A DNA stretch of 64,000 nucleotides from Eledone cirrhosa (lineage: Eukaryota), in contig OZ024740.1 of NCBI GenBank assembly GCA_964016885.1, forward strand, positions 156,984,001-157,048,000, in the 5' to 3' direction. Below, in pieces: positions 41,140-56,586 of the stretch. Positions within the stretch are counted from its first letter, which is position 1; every line of letters begins with the position of its first letter. The translations under genes were made by a program, and so were the position numbers. The notes under the pieces were generated by a model. The model was not told the origin of the DNA and made no database searches. It saw nothing but the letters and a program-made list of their open reading frames with translations.

Positions 41140-42849
41140 GATAGATTTTGGAAAATTTTGAAGGCAACGATGATATTAGTGTGTTACCTGTTTATAAATA
41201 TAATTATAAAGAGAGTAATTTCCTTGACTGCATGGCTTCCAAGATCTATCAATAGAAATGTAGTAATGAATATAAGATAATATAATATGATTCTTTAGTT
41301 AGTTCATTAATTTTCATTTGTTCTTTCATTTCTTACTGTTCTACAGAAACACTGACTACGTGTGGTCGGTTCAAAGTTTCGGCCACATGATAACTCAGAG
41401 TTTCATAATACTCATAACTTAGCGAAATAATGAGGGTGTCTTGTACACAGTCGCTCAATACACTTCAAATAGCAACAAAATACATTTCAAACACCTCTTA
41501 TGTTTTAAATAAATACCATTAAATTCCTTCCGGCGTTTTGCATTATGACTTCAAAATTCACCGAGATTAACTTTGTGATAGACTAGTGAAATGATGAGAA
41601 CTAACGGTGTAGAGTTTGTTATTTCGTTCAATGTTTTGCCTTCTAAATTCAAGTCCCAGTGTTACCTAATTGGGTAGTAGACATAATCCATAGACATAAT
41701 CCGTCATCTGGTTTAATAACATCAGCATTCGGGCTAGGACTCCAGATTGAGTATACCTCCTTTATCCCAACCAGTTTGGGAAATTAAGAAAATGGTCATA
41801 AGCATTGTCATCTCTTCTAAAACCTAATCATTAGATTATTGTAATTAGGACGTTTCTGATCATAGTTCTACATAATAAAGACTGAACATCAGATACACAA
41901 CATCAACAGAAATATCATCTTGAGACAACAAATAAGCTCATATGACGTGAGCAGGCACAGAGATCCACTTTGATCCAGGTTCTGATATCTAGATGGAGAA
42001 AGGAGTACAAGGGCACTGAGTAATGCATTCTTTATAGAGCCTAAATGAGTAAATGGTCAATTATAACATGGTAGGGTATGAGTTCAAAGCATAGGAAGAC
42101 GGAAAAAATATTTCAAGGTATTTTATTCGGCGTTCTAATGACTCCTTCCATCGACCACCAGAAAATTTCTATGAAATTTCTGTGATGTTTTTTCAAATAA
42201 GTATCGTAACCATGTGGAAAGAAGGAACATGTTCATTTATCTGAGATGTCATTTGGAATGAAATTGAGATTCTCTCTTTAGAAATTCAAGAGTTTCTCTA
42301 TTTCAGGAATTAATTTTCCATTTTCCACTTGAAACCGGATAAAAAGAACTTTCCGACAGAAATCAAGCGAGAAATTTCGGATTTCTAATGTCACTAGCAC
42401 TTGAGTTTTTTGCACGGGGAAGGTAGGCCTGTTTGCTTTTTACGAGAAGTTATTTGCTTTATGTTTGAATTCATTTGTTTCTACCGAAGTGAAGACTAAA
42501 ATGTGAACGAACAAACAAAGATAAAGGATTAAAAACAATTACAACTTCTTGATAGTATCACATGAATGTGAGTAGATTTAAACGTATAAAGTTAAGAATG
42601 GAGAGAAAAACAGGGAGAGATAAAAGGAAAGAAACAACATGTGAAAAAGACGGTAGATCTATTAAGTATTCATACAGTCATACAAAAATACATATAATGA
42701 ATAGATATATACATAAATGCATGCATGAATACATTCACATATATGTATTTATATATCACATACATACATACATACATACATACATACATACATACATACA
42801 TACATACATACATACATACATACATACGTACATACATACATATATATAT

Positions 42850-44605
42850 AGTGGTAGAACACTGGAAGGTAATATACGTAGTGGTAGAGCACTCAGTCCA
42901 TGGGACGAGTTAGGTAGAAGTGGTTACACAATAGTTAGTTCACCATATCGAGAACAATTGTTTCACCTGAGCGGATCCTCAGCTCGTAATGGAGATGGTT
43001 ATACGGAACAGGAAGGACAACCGTACGAACACGCATGCGCAGAAACGATCATTTCCCACAGGCAATACTAAATTGCGTGTGAGAGGTGTAAGGGAGATAA
43101 CTGCGAAAGTCCGAAAGTTTCTAGTTGATAAGAAAATTAGGATGTTGTTGTAATTCAATCCGGAGCTTTGTAGTTATATAAGAGGTGTTTCTAGACGTGT
43201 GACAACGTGTGAAGAATTCATTTCTCGTGTTTAGGCAATCACTATTGCGTAATCTCTTTAGAATATTTATTCATTCATCAATACACAGTCCACACGACGG
43301 ATTGCTCCTTGCGTATGGCTTGGACTTAGTGATGGCTTTCCATTGAATGGAGTAGTCTATACTTGAGTCCTTGAGGAACCATACGTGGCTCGCGAGTTTC
43401 GAGGATCAACGTCTCTCCGGGTACCTAAAGGTCGACTGGTGGTTCAGGAAGCGTTCCTTAAATTGGCCCTCCGCCATACCCACATAGGATTTGACCTCCT
43501 GTGGTTGATTTGGTTGGTTGGAAGTGACGACAACTTCATAAACTACAGCGGGTGTGTTGCATTGCTGTTGAAGGGGACAAACTTCGGGCTTACAACAAGA
43601 GCACCCTGGTGGGGTGTTGCTCTTAGGGCTGTTGGTGATGTGGGCCTTCATGTTATTAGTGCAGGAGAATCCTACTTTTACTTTGTGTCGGTTAAAGATG
43701 GAGCGGTATTTATGACCTATGTGAAAGTGTCTATCTAAGAGGGCTAGAAATATTTTGCCTACATTGGTTTTAACGTTGAGTGAGAAGGGAGGAGAGAACC
43801 AGATGTCTATTGTTACGCTTTCTTTTCTTATTGCTGTTGTTGCTAGTGGGGGAGTAAGTGATTGGTTGCGAGAAGCCGCTGTTAGCTAACGCCGTGTTAT
43901 AGTAGGGTGCCGCTCTGTCAAAGATAGCCTTATTAGAGGAGAGGTTTGAGATTCTAGTACTGATATTATTTACGAAGTTTCTAAAAACAGTGGGAGGGTG
44001 GCATGAGTCCTTGTGATTGTAATTGAGTTTTTCGTTAAGCTTATTGAAGGGTGTGTAGATGTGTGAGCGAAGTTCTAAATTAATGTCTAAGAAATCTACA
44101 CTAGAGAGGTTGGTAGCTACTGTTATCCTAAGTCCTAACTCATTGAAGGTAGAAGCTAAGTTTTTTTTAAACCGGTCGAGATCGTGATCACTTTTATGGC
44201 TCGATAAGTCCATTGTTGCGGTATATTCCCGTGTGCAAGTCCGGGAATCTAACACTTAATATGTATTGATGAACGAATAAGTATTCTAAAGAGATTACGC
44301 AACAGTGATTGCCTAAACTTAAGGAATGAATTCTTCACACGTTGTCCACACGTCTGGAAACACCTCTTACATAACTACAAAGCTCCGGTTTGAATTACAA
44401 CTTCCTAATTTTCTTAACTAGAAACTTTCGGACTTTCAGAGTTACACCTCTCGCACAGAATTTAGTATGGCCTGTGGGAAGAATTTAGTATGCGTGTTCG
44501 TACAGTTGTCCTTCTTGTTCCGTATAACCATGTCCATTACGAGCTGAGGATCCACTAAGGTGAAACAATTGTTCTCGGTATGGTGAACTGACTGTTGTGT
44601 AACCA

Positions 44606-44608
<3 letters not shown>
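42850..44608 (-). mobile_element. Degenerate Naiad-like PLE with inverted 5' pLTR (44257-44608 versus about 42918-43285)
   Basis: VDFLDINL, SCHPPTV, RISNLSSN, YYNTALANSGF; CSCCKPEVCPLQQQC..VVY..YVGMAEGQFKERFLNH. Flanked by (TA)n. Confidence 0.88.
44540..44577 (+). ncRNA. Minimal type I hammerhead ribozyme (mirror copy at 42949-42986, minus strand)
   Basis: cgag CTGAGGA tcc..ggt GAAA caattg TT ctcg; palindromic stem III, weak stem II. Confidence 0.65.
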
Positions 44609-44652
<44 letters not shown>

Positions 44653-44653
<1 letters not shown>

Positions 44654-44885
44654 TATTGAAGTTTCCGTTGAAAATTGAAAAAGTCATAGGAGTGAAGAGT
44701 GCTCTATGTAAGTACCAGAGCAAAATTTAATGTATACTAAACAATATAATTACCTCAATATATATAATGTATAATAAACAATATTATTGCCTTGTCCGAC
44801 GAACTAATGAGGACGTTTCTTTCGTATTCGACTTATTCGGGAAACCTCTAGTAATGAGGTAATTATATTGTATTGTTTATTATAC

Positions 44886-44889
<4 letters not shown>
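44653..44889. mobile_element. Small fold-back PLE end unit, same family as 22130-22328
   Basis: Tail on the minus strand (44653-44760) plus a plus-strand arm (44785-44889); inside (TA)n. Confidence 0.7.
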
Positions 44890-44957
<68 letters not shown>

Positions 44958-45197
44958 AAAATGATGTTTTTTTTATGAAAAAAAAATGAGATGTCCTTAC
45001 GAGTGAGAGTATGAGGAAAAAAGATGAAATATATATATATATTAAAATAACAGATTAAAGGTTAAGCATCCCGTAATGCGTGAAAGCAGCGATTCTTTGC
45101 TTTCACTTTAATCTTTTATTTTAATAAATATTTGATATATATATATTATCCTTATTGAGCCCTCTTCGGATTTTAGTCTTAACATTTATTATTATTA

Positions 45198-45271
<74 letters not shown>

Positions 45272-45277
<6 letters not shown>

Positions 45278-47284
45278 ATACTTTGGGAGGGTCATGTTGC
45301 CAATAAGAAACACACGCACCAGTTGCTTTCACTTCAATTTAATTTATTATATATTTATAAATTTACAAATTTATAAATTTCTGGTTGGTTGGTTGGTTCC
45401 ACAACCAGATAGTTGTTTATATATATATAGTCATAGTTCTTTCGTCACACACTCTGTGACCTCTTCAGTGACTGGGGATTTCTTTCTTCGTTTCTGTGCC
45501 TTTCCTTTCTTCTATCCTACGCCATTTTGTTTGTGTGTGGGTTGCGTGCTCAGTTTGCGCATGCGCCACATCCGGGTGTCTGTGTGTGTTTGTGTTCATT
45601 TTTCTATTTTTCTATTTATATTTGTTTGTTTATTTATTTATTTATTGTTGGTTGGTTGTTTGTTCTATGTGTGTGTGTGTTTTCATTTTGTCTTGTGTGT
45701 GTTTTCCTTTTGTGTGTGTTTTCAATTGTAAGTTGTTTGTTCTATGTGTGTGTGTGTTTTCATTTTGTCCTTAATTGTAAGTTGTGATGTTGCTGTTCCA
45801 CTCATATTTTCTATTTAATTTTGGTTTTAATTCTTTTATGCTTACTGCCTCTGTAATTTGCCTAAACATTGCGTCTTTCTTGTGTGTGGATTCTATTTTT
45901 ATTTCTATGCTCTCTAATTTACCCCTGTGTTCTATCTTAGCATGTTGGTAGAGCACAGATGATTCTTTACTATCTTGGAGGTCTCGCCAGTGTTCATTTA
46001 TTCGTTCCCCTATACTACGAGCTGTCTCACCTATGTACACTATATTTTTGTTTCTACATTGTCCTTCAGTACATCTTATGCTATATACTACATTTCTAGT
46101 TTTACAGTTAATATGGGGGCTTATTTTACAGGTTATACATTTCTTATCTATACATGAGGGTCTTTGGAACGGGTATGTCTTGCTAATAAGTGTTTTTACG
46201 GAGGTACCAGGTCTTTCTACTATCTTAATATTGAGATTATGTTTCTTTAGGGCCCTTCTAAATTTGTAGGCTAGTTCGCCTCTAGGGGTTGTATTGATGA
46301 ACATTACACTCTGGTATTTATTGCTATCATACCATGAGTTTATTCTATTGGCCTTGTTCTTAGTTCTTTCTATTCTATTCCAAAATTTGCTCCTATACAA
46401 GGGGCAGGTCCCATTTATGTCATTATTTACCATTTTTTCCCATTTGGTTCTGGCTCCTTTATACACTCTGATTCTATCTCTCTGATTGTAGCCAGAGAAC
46501 TGCATACGGTGGATGAAGTGTTGTATGTGTCTCTCTAGTTCTTCGGGGTTGCACATGCGGGACACATTTCTCATCACCCGTACCAAATCCGCAATCAGTA
46601 TGTTGATTTTGGTATGGTCCGAAATGGCCGAGTTTCGGTGGATCAGATGTTTGGAAGTCATGGGTTTGGCATAATGGGAATGGAGGATTTGTTTTTGGTT
46701 GTTAATAGTATCTAACCAGAGCTCTGTGTCTAGTACAGGTAATCGATGGTTGGGGTGTCTACTTGGGTAGTCTATAGTAACTCTAATGCTCTGGTGGATG
46801 GAGTTTGCTATTTGCTGGATGCTTTCCATTGTGTTTTTCTCTGGTTCCTGACTGTTCTTTAGTGGGGGTGTCTTAACTACGATGTTTATATCATCTACGT
46901 AGCGGGAGTACATTATCAGGGTTAAGCTGTCTTCTAATTGTTCATTAAGTTTTTGTTTAAGTCTACTGTCCCACCATACCATGAATAAGTTAGCTATGTC
47001 GCCTGCAATGCTAACACCAATGGCTGCTCCTTCCTCTTGGGCATATGTTTTACCATTAAATTTGAACATATGTTCCTTAAGGGTTAATTTTATGCTGGCT
47101 CCTACCGCATGTGCAATCATTTTCTTCAGTTCATCGTGGTTTTCGGGTGTCCGTATGGCTCTGGTCCACCCGTTCCATCTATCTGTGTGGGTTTTCTTGG
47201 CCATTGAGGTAATGGTAGGTGGTCTGCCTCTTGCTGGTCTTGTAGGGCACAGGTTGCTAAGGTCATAAGTGTCTAGGTAACTAT
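45272..47284 (-). mobile_element. PLE (clade unassigned), 5'-truncated, with pLTR and hammerhead (45429-45473)
   Basis: RT/GIY-YIG ORF plus a pLTR shared with 20028, 29231 and 52280; 3' end in (TA)n. Confidence 0.9.
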
Positions 47285-47351
47285 TACTATGGGTAATTAG
47301 CATTGCAGGCGACATAGCTAACTTATGGTCGGACGAAACGGCTGTCGGCAA
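45771..47351 (-). CDS. PLE reverse transcriptase (C-terminal half) + GIY-YIG; the first ~22 aa come from junction sequence
   Basis: FKFNGKTYAQEEGAAIG..IANLFM, YSRYVDD, LPVLDT, CIDKKCITC, CKTRNVVYSIRC..YIGETARSIGERINEH. Confidence 0.88.
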   Translation of the reverse strand: MPTAVSSDHKLAMSPAMLITHSNSYLDTYDLSNLCPTRPARGRPPTITSMAKKTHTDRWNGWTRAIRTPENHDELKKMIAHAVGASIKLTLKEHMFKFNGKTYAQEEGAAIGVSIAGDIANLFMVWWDSRLKQKLNEQLEDSLTLIMYSRYVDDINIVVKTPPLKNSQEPEKNTMESIQQIANSIHQSIRVTIDYPSRHPNHRLPVLDTELWLDTINNQKQILHSHYAKPMTSKHLIHRNSAISDHTKINILIADLVRVMRNVSRMCNPEELERHIQHFIHRMQFSGYNQRDRIRVYKGARTKWEKMVNNDINGTCPLYRSKFWNRIERTKNKANRINSWYDSNKYQSVMFINTTPRGELAYKFRRALKKHNLNIKIVERPGTSVKTLISKTYPFQRPSCIDKKCITCKISPHINCKTRNVVYSIRCTEGQCRNKNIVYIGETARSIGERINEHWRDLQDSKESSVLYQHAKIEHRGKLESIEIKIESTHKKDAMFRQITEAVSIKELKPKLNRKYEWNSNITTYN

Positions 47352-47503
47352 TAAACTTGTTATAATGTAATAATAGTTCCTTTGTTCTTTTTCACTAATA
47401 TTTCTGCTCTGCTTACACGCATAGTGCTTAACTAGCTACCGTCACATATTTGGTAGGTCAGACGTGATCATCGCGATTCACATACGACCTACCATACATC
47501 TTG

Positions 47504-47547
<44 letters not shown>

Positions 47548-47733
47548 TGTAATAACCAATATAAGATAATTATTTTATTTACCAGTGGTTTCTTGAAAGC
47601 AAACAAAATTTGCTTTCAATCATCAGATTGAAAAAATCCTGGTGTATTTATTGACAGTGGATTTTAAAAACAAAAATATAATCTATATGAAAGTGAGGCT
47701 GGAAAAGGAAGAAGGAAAGGAAAAATAAACACA

Positions 47734-47819
<86 letters not shown>

Positions 47820-47843
47820 CATACACACACATATATACAAGCA

Positions 47844-47879
<36 letters not shown>

Positions 47880-48775
47880 CATACATACATACATACATAC
47901 ACATATACCTACACGTACAAATAAACATATATATATACATACATACACACATATATATCCACATATACATATATACACACATATATATCCACATATTCAT
48001 ACATACACATACACACAAATACACAAACACACACACACACATGTATATATATATATATATACACATAATCATACATATATACACACGTACATATACACAC
48101 AAACATACACACATATATACATGCATACATACGCACACACATATAGATATTTGTACACACACCTACATACGCACACACACAATTAATTATAAGAAAAAAT
48201 ATAATAATAAAAATAAAAAACAATAGACGACCATATAGGCCGTCACATAAGAATAAAAATAAATGTAAAAATTATTATAAATAAAGTTGACAGCTATACA
48301 GGAAACAAATAATTGAACAAACATACGTGGTAAGCAATACACACAGTTACACATACACATACATATAAATAAATACATACACACACACACACATACATAT
48401 ACATACACATATATATACACATACATACATATATGTATATATATATATATACATATACACACACACATACATATATATACATACACACACATGTATGAGT
48501 GTAAAACTCATTCTTAGATGTATTCATTGAACCTTGTTTAACTCTTATATATATATATATATTATATATATATATAAGAAAATACATAAATATTATATAT
48601 ATATAAAAATAAAAAGGTGAAAGGGGTAAACAAATAGTTGGGAATACGACAAATAATAAATAAATAAATAGAAAAGGGTATAAATGTTTATAGCTGATTT
48701 AGAGCACTCAAAACGTTCCTGGAGCAAATAATCAATGAAAATAAGCATTAAATCACTTTGTGTGTAATTATGCAT

Positions 48776-48840
<65 letters not shown>

Positions 48841-49061
48841 ACCATACAAATACACACATATATACATACATATACATACATATACATATATGTATATATA
48901 TATATATACATAGAGGAAAAAGTATGACCCGACGGCAGAGCTCAAGCCGTTTCTGAGGCTATTATATATATATACACACACACACAAACATATATATAAA
49001 AATACACATATACACACACACACTTATCTACAAAAGTTTACGTCACCACCTTAATAAAAAT

Positions 49062-49112
<51 letters not shown>

Positions 49113-49486
49113 TATACAACAGATACATATAAAATACAATTATATACACACATACATATACATACAGATATATATATAAATATATATACATATACATATA
49201 CATACATATAATATATACATATATACACATATACACAACACATACATACACACAGAAATAAATATCTAAAAATAAATAAGGGTGGTTATGTAAAGGGTAA
49301 GGTAGAAAGTAGGGGGGAATAAGGAAAATAAATGACATGGGAAAAAGTTTAAATATAAGGGGAGATAAGGGAGAAAAAGAATATAAGAGTAAGTAAGTTC
49401 AGAAAGTAATAAAAATCGTAGTGGATGTAAGGCGTAGAGAGCAGAGAAGAAGTTCAAGGTGGTTGAGTCATCGTAGGAATGTCAAT

Positions 49487-49760
49487 TCAGTTACAGATCA
49501 GATGTGATTTCAGGTGAGGACAACATCTGAAGATCTCGGTCTTGGAGTTCAGGCAAGTTGAAGTGACTTTCAAGTTTTGTAAAATCCTAAATTTTTCAGT
49601 GGTACACAAAGAACAATGCTTTGTGATCCTTTGGTACTCCCTCGAATGGTCTAAAATAGAACAATCGATAGAGTACGGGATGTTTTTATCCTTGAATTCC
49701 CACACCTTATTTGCGAGAGCCGTTGCTTTTCTTTTATCAGAGTGTTTAAAAGTTGCTAAT
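49487..49760 (-). pseudogene. Naiad-like GIY-YIG C-terminal fragment
   Basis: ATALANKVWEFKDKNIPYSI..CSLCTTEKFRIL..CLNSKTEIFRCCPH. Confidence 0.8.
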
Positions 49761-49946
49761 ACTATCTATCGGTCGCAACTCCAGGTAGAAGGAGCAACGT
49801 GAAATAAAGTGTCTTGCTCAAGGACATATATATATGTATATATATATATGTATATATGTATATATATATGTATATATGTATATATATATATGTATATATA
49901 TATAGATATATATATATATTTATGTATATATGTATATATATATATT

Positions 49947-50625
<679 letters not shown>

Positions 50626-50630
50626 AGATG

Positions 50631-50696
<66 letters not shown>

Positions 50697-50817
50697 TGTG
50701 CTTTATTTCACGTTGCTCCTTCTACCTGGAGTTGCGACCGATAGATAGTATTAGCAATTGGAAAGACCAATGGAAACATCGTTTCCTCGGTCCGATTTGA
50801 CGAAAGTCAATCGAGTG

Positions 50818-50907
<90 letters not shown>

Positions 50908-50946
50908 ACATATATATATATACATATATATATATACATATATATA

Positions 50947-51011
<65 letters not shown>

Positions 51012-51025
51012 GTGTATATATATAC

Positions 51026-51101
<76 letters not shown>

Positions 51102-51502
51102 ACATATATATATATATGTATATTTCCATTTATCGCTTTCGGTATGCCCGGCCGACTAACTCACTCGATATGCAAATTAGGCTGCTCAGCCGTTAATATG
51201 CATAAGGAAAGTATATACTTTCAGACGTTCAATCATCTGGCAGAAAGATATACGATGCTGACGATAGCTAATAAGCTTGAAACTAGTACATCATTCCTTT
51301 GTCAGTGTTGAACAAAAGGCGACGGTGGTTGCCGAGCACTGTACGGCGTAATTTGGGCTGTTTGTTTACAAACAAACCGAACTTTATAATAAATGTTCGG
51401 TAAACCCATACGTACATATATATATGTGTGTGCATGTATGTATATATATACATACTACTGTGCGTCTGTACACATGTATGTATGTACGTATACATACTTA
51501 TG

Positions 51503-51603
<101 letters not shown>

Positions 51604-51648
51604 GGCATTGATAACTATGCTGGGTCCGTCAACTCCTTATTATATATG

Positions 51649-51691
<43 letters not shown>

Positions 51692-51875
51692 ATAGGATAT
51701 ACATTCCTTCACGCACAAGGCGCCAAGGTACGCATGTATTGTCCAACCAAATGCCTGTGTGGTTCAATGGCGGGTTAATAAATTAACGAGCCAGAACAAA
51801 TATAAACAAGGTTTAGCAAATAATGAAAAAGTTTCAAAATAAATTTTAAAAAATTGACTTTACCTACTATAGTTA

Positions 51876-51957
51876 CCTTTACCGATCGGTTTCGAATCCC
51901 AAAAATAAAACGGAGACCATACGGCCTTCGTTGCAAAGAAAGATTCTCGTCAGAAGG
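51876..51957 (-). ncRNA. Type I hammerhead ribozyme
   Basis: cctt CTGACGA gaatc..gattc GAAA ccgatcgg TA aagg. Confidence 0.82.
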
Positions 51958-52171
51958 TTCTTTTCATTCAAAGAATATAAAATTCCTGAATTTAAATCAC
52001 AAACTAGCGCTATCAAAACTGTTCCTGGGATGAGAGTGGATGATGTAGAAACAGGTTTATCAAGGGCCGTAGCAAAGATAGAGGCAGAAGGGGGTAGGTC
52101 AAACTAGCCACAGCTATTGCTAGCAGCAGTCAGAACGACCAAATTTGTTCTCAACATTAGTGGAGGTAGTA

Positions 52172-52705
<534 letters not shown>

Positions 52706-53021
52706 ATATCTGTTTCAACACATGTTTTCAGATAATAAATCTTGCAAAACAATTTCCAAACCGAAGTACATATATAAAAGAGACAGGCGGGAGAGAAAGA
52801 GGGAGAGAGAGATAGAGAGAGAGTGGGAGAGAGGGAGAGAGATATAAGGAGAGAGAGGGAGAAGAGGAGGAGAGAGACAGAGATTAACAATTTAACTAAT
52901 TTGAACATTGCCAGTGGGTTTTTTTTCAACGTGAACACATGTAGCTCCTTCAGATGGTTTTAACTCGCATTCCACGATATCTGTTTGTTGCTCTTTTCCA
53001 TAGTTTATACTGATTCCTCTT

Positions 53022-53133
<112 letters not shown>

Positions 53134-53418
53134 AAAAAGTATGATACATACATACATACATACATACATAGATACATACATACAATCATACATACATATG
53201 TACATGTATATATATACTTACATGCATAGATACATGCATACATACATGAATACATACATGCATACATGCATAAATACATGCATACATGCATACATACATA
53301 TATACATCCATCCATACATACGTGTGTGTATATATTTATATATATATACAGAAAAAGAGAGAAAGAGAGAGAGATGAGTAGAAAGGTTGATAGATATATA
53401 GGGCTAGAGAATATATAT

Positions 53419-54375
53419 ACTAGACATGAAAAATGCGCAAGCTCAAAAGTGCCACAGAATGTTATAATAAACCTTCAAAAGTGTGGGACTAGAGTTGTTG
53501 CTAAAAAATATTGTAATCATTATATATCGTACATTCTGTGGCATCCTTTATAAAAATAGCTTAAACCAACGAAGCCTTTATTTTTACGCTATTTCACTTA
53601 GTTAATTCTTAGAGTGTAACATATAAAAATATGATTTACAACTATAAAATAAATTAATTAATATAATAACAGAGCTGCGGAGCTGAAATTTAGGAAATAA
53701 TGGAGTATCGGATCCTGCGTTGGAGCCAGTCAATTTTTGGCCGACTCCGCAGCCCTGTATAATACATTTCATATTAAAGTTATTAATAAACCTATTTTAC
53801 ACTGCATGCAAATTACCATGAGATATTGATATTAGATATAAGATACAGCGCAATATCTACAGCTGTAAAAGTACGAAAGCGAAGTAATAATAAGTGGCTT
53901 AAGGTAATTCCAATATGAAAGTTTGTAGTGATAAAAATTTGATAATGCAATACGATTGTTAATATTATAGTTCTATGATAATGTAACAATAGATAACTAA
54001 ATTATTTTACTATTAGTATATTTAAGAAATTATCATTATAGATTTGATCGTTCATATAAGCATCATATTAATTTTCAACACAATTATTTTGTTACTATGA
54101 GTATATGATAATAATATTACGTAATTATTTATAGCTGTTATTACATTAAACATAGATGTATTTATTTTTATATGTTACACTCTAAGAATTAACTAAGTGA
54201 AATAGCGTAAAAATAAAGGCTTCGTTGGTTTAAGCTATTTTTATAAAGGATGCCACAGAATGTACGATATATAATGATTACAATATTTTTTAGCAACAAC
54301 TCTAGTCCCACACTTTTGAAGGTTTATTATAACATTCTGTGGCACTTTTGAGCTTGCGCATTTTTCATGTCTAGT
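53419..54375. mobile_element. MITE/fold-back element with ~210-bp terminal inverted repeats
   Basis: actagacatgaaaaatgcgcaagc...(53419-53630) is the reverse complement of 54165-54375. Confidence 0.8.
53670..53757. mobile_element. Tiny hAT-like MITE nested in the fold-back element
   Basis: cagagctgcggag...ctccgcagccctg TIRs; flanks tataataa/tataatac (7 of 8 match, TSD-like). Confidence 0.6.
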
Positions 54376-55567
54376 TTAATATTTTTTTAAGGCAACGCTT
54401 GTAATAACTCTAGTTAAACAGGATATATATTAATAATAAATTATCGTTGTAATGTAATTAGATTATGTAATTGTTATTATAAATTATCTTATAAATATTA
54501 GTGTAAGATGTATAAAAATATTTTCAGACTTTTAATATAAACAACTACAAAAAACAATCAATATTAAATCAATATATTATACATAATAGAAAACATAAAA
54601 TAAACAATACAAAAACAAAATATTTACATACAATTGCAATTATCAGTGTATATACATTTTCTTTATATTCCCTGAGCAAATTAATAAGATTTGTTTTTAT
54701 TGTACATAATTTGATGACTTGTTGGAGTGTATTAAAAGATAGCAACAATTTGTGATTAAATTGTTATCTTAAGCAACTCACTTTTTAATAGTTGTTGGCT
54801 GAGCGAAATTGTAAAAGCCTATGAGCAAATATAAAAAAAAATACACAAACAACATTTCCTTGTGTTATTACAACATTAGATAAAATAATTGAGCAATGTC
54901 GTTATATTTTGCTCTTATTGCACATTAATAGTGTTTCTATTTTTCGGCACAAATCCATTACGGCAGTCAATTATTGGTACTTTATTTTATCGAATTAGTA
55001 AGTATGAAAGTCGAAGTTAACCTCGGCAGGATTTGAACTTAGAATGCAAAGTACCATAACAATACTGCAAAGCATGGTGTCTGACGCTCTACCAATACTT
55101 GTGTTGAGCTGGTCATTAATTTATGGTGGTCGTGCGTGGAGTAGAGCAATCGCTAGTTGAAATATTATGAACAAAACATTTTTATTTGCCGAAGAACATA
55201 TTTTCAATACTGTTTGTGAATGTGACGAAGGAAATACATTCTGATATGGAACAGTGTACAAAGTGTGTCTGTGAATAACATAATGTTACCTCATGTTGTT
55301 GTCAAGACATAATGGATTTCGTATATCCAATTAGAAGATGAAACCTAGCCATCTCGGATTAGTTATATTTCATGCCATGTGTAAACGTGTTTGAGGATAG
55401 CAAAATATGCGTGTTTCTTGTCTGTAAACTTTCTGCTAAACTGATTAGTTTCGTTTTTGGCACTATACAATACTCATCCAACAGATAGCTGTATTGGATC
55501 CTTGATTGGTTAATATTTAGGTGAGGGTGCTTGATGCAGAGTTAGTGCAAAATGGATCAATGAGTGT

Positions 55568-56222
55568 AATAATAATAATGATAATAATAATGAAAATATT
55601 GTGTACAATGCTGAGGTGCACTACAACTCATCAAAAGTGCATATATAATACATAGGGTAATATAAAAACGTCAGGAAAAAAGAACAGTGCATGAGTCATG
55701 ATATACACATATGTGCATGTGTATGGAAGGGGGACATCAGGTGTAGTTTTGGTGTATTTCGGAATGTATGATGGTTTTAAAGGATGCAGTGTGTCATCAG
55801 CTAACAACTGATGCAGGAAGTTTGTTCCATCCTTCAGCAACTCTGAGCATGAAGAAATATTTCCTAAAGTCATGGGAGCTGTGTTGTTTTCTGACTTTGT
55901 AGGCATGTCCACGTGTTAGACACATGGAGATCAAAAAGGTGTTCGGGGTTGTTGTTGGTCGGATGGTTAATAACTTTGTGGGTGTTTACCAAGTCCATTG
56001 CCAGAGGGAAGCAAAATATTCAGGGTATGGTAGGTGTCTGATGGAGGGTATGCGCTTGGTTGCATGTCTCTGAACAGTTTCCAGGAGGTCAATGTTCTGA
56101 GAAAGATAGGGGTTCCAGACTGATGACGCGAACTCCAAGTGTATTCGTACCATAGATGTATACAGCTTTAAATAGATGGCTGGAGAGCAGCTAATGAAGG
56201 TCTTGCTGATTGATGCCAAGTC
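55568..56222 (-). mobile_element. CR1/L2-type LINE 3' fragment with (ATT)n tail
   Basis: LYTSMVRIHLEFASSVWNPYLSQNIDLLETVQRHATKRIP. Confidence 0.8.
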
Positions 56223-56405
56223 AATCTTAATAAATTGACTGATTTATCTGTTCACTACTGCTAATCCACCGCTGTTTGTACAATTTTTTAGATAATGTCA
56301 ATTTGAGCTTGAATCATTGGCGTAATGAAATTTGAAAAGATTATAAGCAAATCTTTTTTAAAATACACAGACAACATTTAACTGTATCGTTGCAACATTA
56401 GATCT

Positions 56406-56586
56406 AATAATTGTTTCTACTTTAGGCACAAGGCCAGCAATTACCCAGTGCATTACTGGTACTTTATTTTATCTACCCCGTAAGGATGAAAGGCAAAGTC
56501 AACCTCGGCAGGATTTGAACTCAGATCGTAAAGGGACGTAACTATGCTGGAAAGCATGGCATCCGACCCTCTACCAATACTGCCAA
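56406..56586 (-). mobile_element. Young tRNA-type SINE
   Basis: Near-identical to 16135-16320; aataat at both flanks. Confidence 0.85.

Noticed and set aside
47590-47635. Minus-strand CTGATGA-tt-GAAA-gcaaa..tttgc
   Set aside because: Stem II is absent and stem I does not pair; at most a decayed hammerhead.
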